DNA from: an uncultured Methanoregulaceae archaeon
Lineage (GTDB): Archaea; Halobacteriota; Methanomicrobia; Methanomicrobiales; Methanospirillaceae
Assembly: GCA_963717525.1 (NCBI GenBank)
Contig: OY970343.1
Location: 1,600,001 to 1,664,000, forward strand
Direction of reading: 5' to 3'
Length of the DNA: 64,000 nt
Of this stretch, positions 62,992-64,000 are shown piece after piece (the stretch's first letter is position 1; each line of letters starts with the position of its first letter). Under the pieces are notes generated by a model. It searched no databases. It was not told the origin of the DNA and saw only the letters and a list, made by a program, of their open reading frames with translations. Position numbers and translations under genes: made by a program.

Positions 62992-63950
62992 TCACTTTCT
63001 GAAACGCGTGAGGATATAACTTGTCAGGGTCTTCCCGCTGATATTGCGGGTGGAGGCATCCACCCGGATAAAGAAGAACTCTTCGTTGCCGGTATCGACA
63101 AAGACCGGCTTGTCAGCCGGCAGGATATGCACATGGCAGAGTGTTTTTTCCGAGAGAACCGGGAAGGTGATGTGGATTAACCGGCTCGCTGTTTCATAGA
63201 TCTCGGGAATATATCGCCGGATTACCGAGTCGATCAGCATCCGCCGGTACCCATCCGGGTTCCGGTCTTTCTCCAGGAGCGGGAATAATCGTCCCCGATT
63301 CCCACCACCCGGATCACGTTGTTTACCCGGTCTTCCTCTATACCGATGATGAGGTCCCCGCCGCTGGAATTCAAAAACCCGGCAATAGACCGTGCGATAA
63401 TAAATTTCGAGGCATTGGTCCGGTATTTCCGCACTTCTGCCGATTCACTGGCATCCGCCTCCTCCTTCGAGAGCCTCGTGCTCCACAGGGCTTTGAATTT
63501 GAATTCAACCCGTTCACTTTCCCCGGCGGCGATCATCATCCGTACAGCGACAGCATCGTCTCCGGGCACGGTGATCTGGAGTGCATCCCGCTGTTTCACG
63601 ACATAGGAAGAAATAACGGCAATGCCGATGAACAGCAGCGCCTGGAAGACGACACCGCCCACGACAAACACATTCGGGGTAAGAAAATACACGGACACCA
63701 GCAGGTATGCGACAGCGCAGCTCCCGGCAACATAAATCCCGCGGGACGGGTAGAAATACGTGGCATACAGGATGGGGAAATAGAAGAGCTGCGGGACGAT
63801 TGAACCATATCCTGCCGCCATGGATATATACGTGACCCCGATGATAGAGGCAGTAATGGAGGCGATCACCCAGAACCTGATAAGATCGTTTTGCGTTATG
63901 CGGAACGTGTCCGGCAAATGGTATCCCGGGAAGGCGGGTGTCGGGTTCAT
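62992..63950 (-). CDS. Multi-TM membrane domain fused to a Schlafen/AlbA_2 domain (-1 frameshift at ~63280)
   Basis: About four TM helices; GESERVEFK, IARSIAGFLNSSGGDLIIGIEED, VVGI; the shifted frame continues to PVFV..EEFFFIRVDASTR; corrected 319 aa. Confidence 0.82.
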
Positions 63951-64000
63951 TGGTGATGAGGGCTTTGTCCGGGAGGATAATAACCGTATCTACGGCCGGT

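Overview
Chromosomal segment of a hydrogenotrophic methanogenic archaeon, most consistent with Methanomicrobiales (Methanoregula-like). This assignment is inferred from frhADGB, mptA, an MfnE-like kinase, archaeal translation and transcription genes, and PGF-type surface proteins. The first ~31 kb is mostly housekeeping: tRNA methylthiotransferase, nadX-nadC, EF-1beta, malate dehydrogenase, SRP RNA, tRNA-Asn/tRNA-Ile2, peptidases, rpoL, eIF2beta, ilvC, mptA, F420-reducing hydrogenase, purL/purQ and tsaA. The rest is accessory. It holds an orphan N4-cytosine-type DNA methyltransferase facing an AT-rich PLD-nuclease/zinc-finger gene, PAS/histidine-kinase signalling genes, and a ~2,510-aa surface protein with 26 IPT/TIG repeats. 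It also holds duplicated secreted proteins and a Schlafen/AlbA_2 domain fused to a membrane sensor domain. Fifteen single-base frameshifts break 11 genes, including core ones. Most lie at GTAC or CCGG and look like methylation-associated sequencing errors, not pseudogenes. The best candidates for new biology are the membrane-anchored Schlafen protein (62992-63950), a 263-bp structured non-coding repeat present twice (16915-17177 and 32986-33248), and the MTase/PLD-ZnF islet. No CRISPR array, rRNA or transposase was seen. All family assignments come from motif recognition by eye; no database searches were run.
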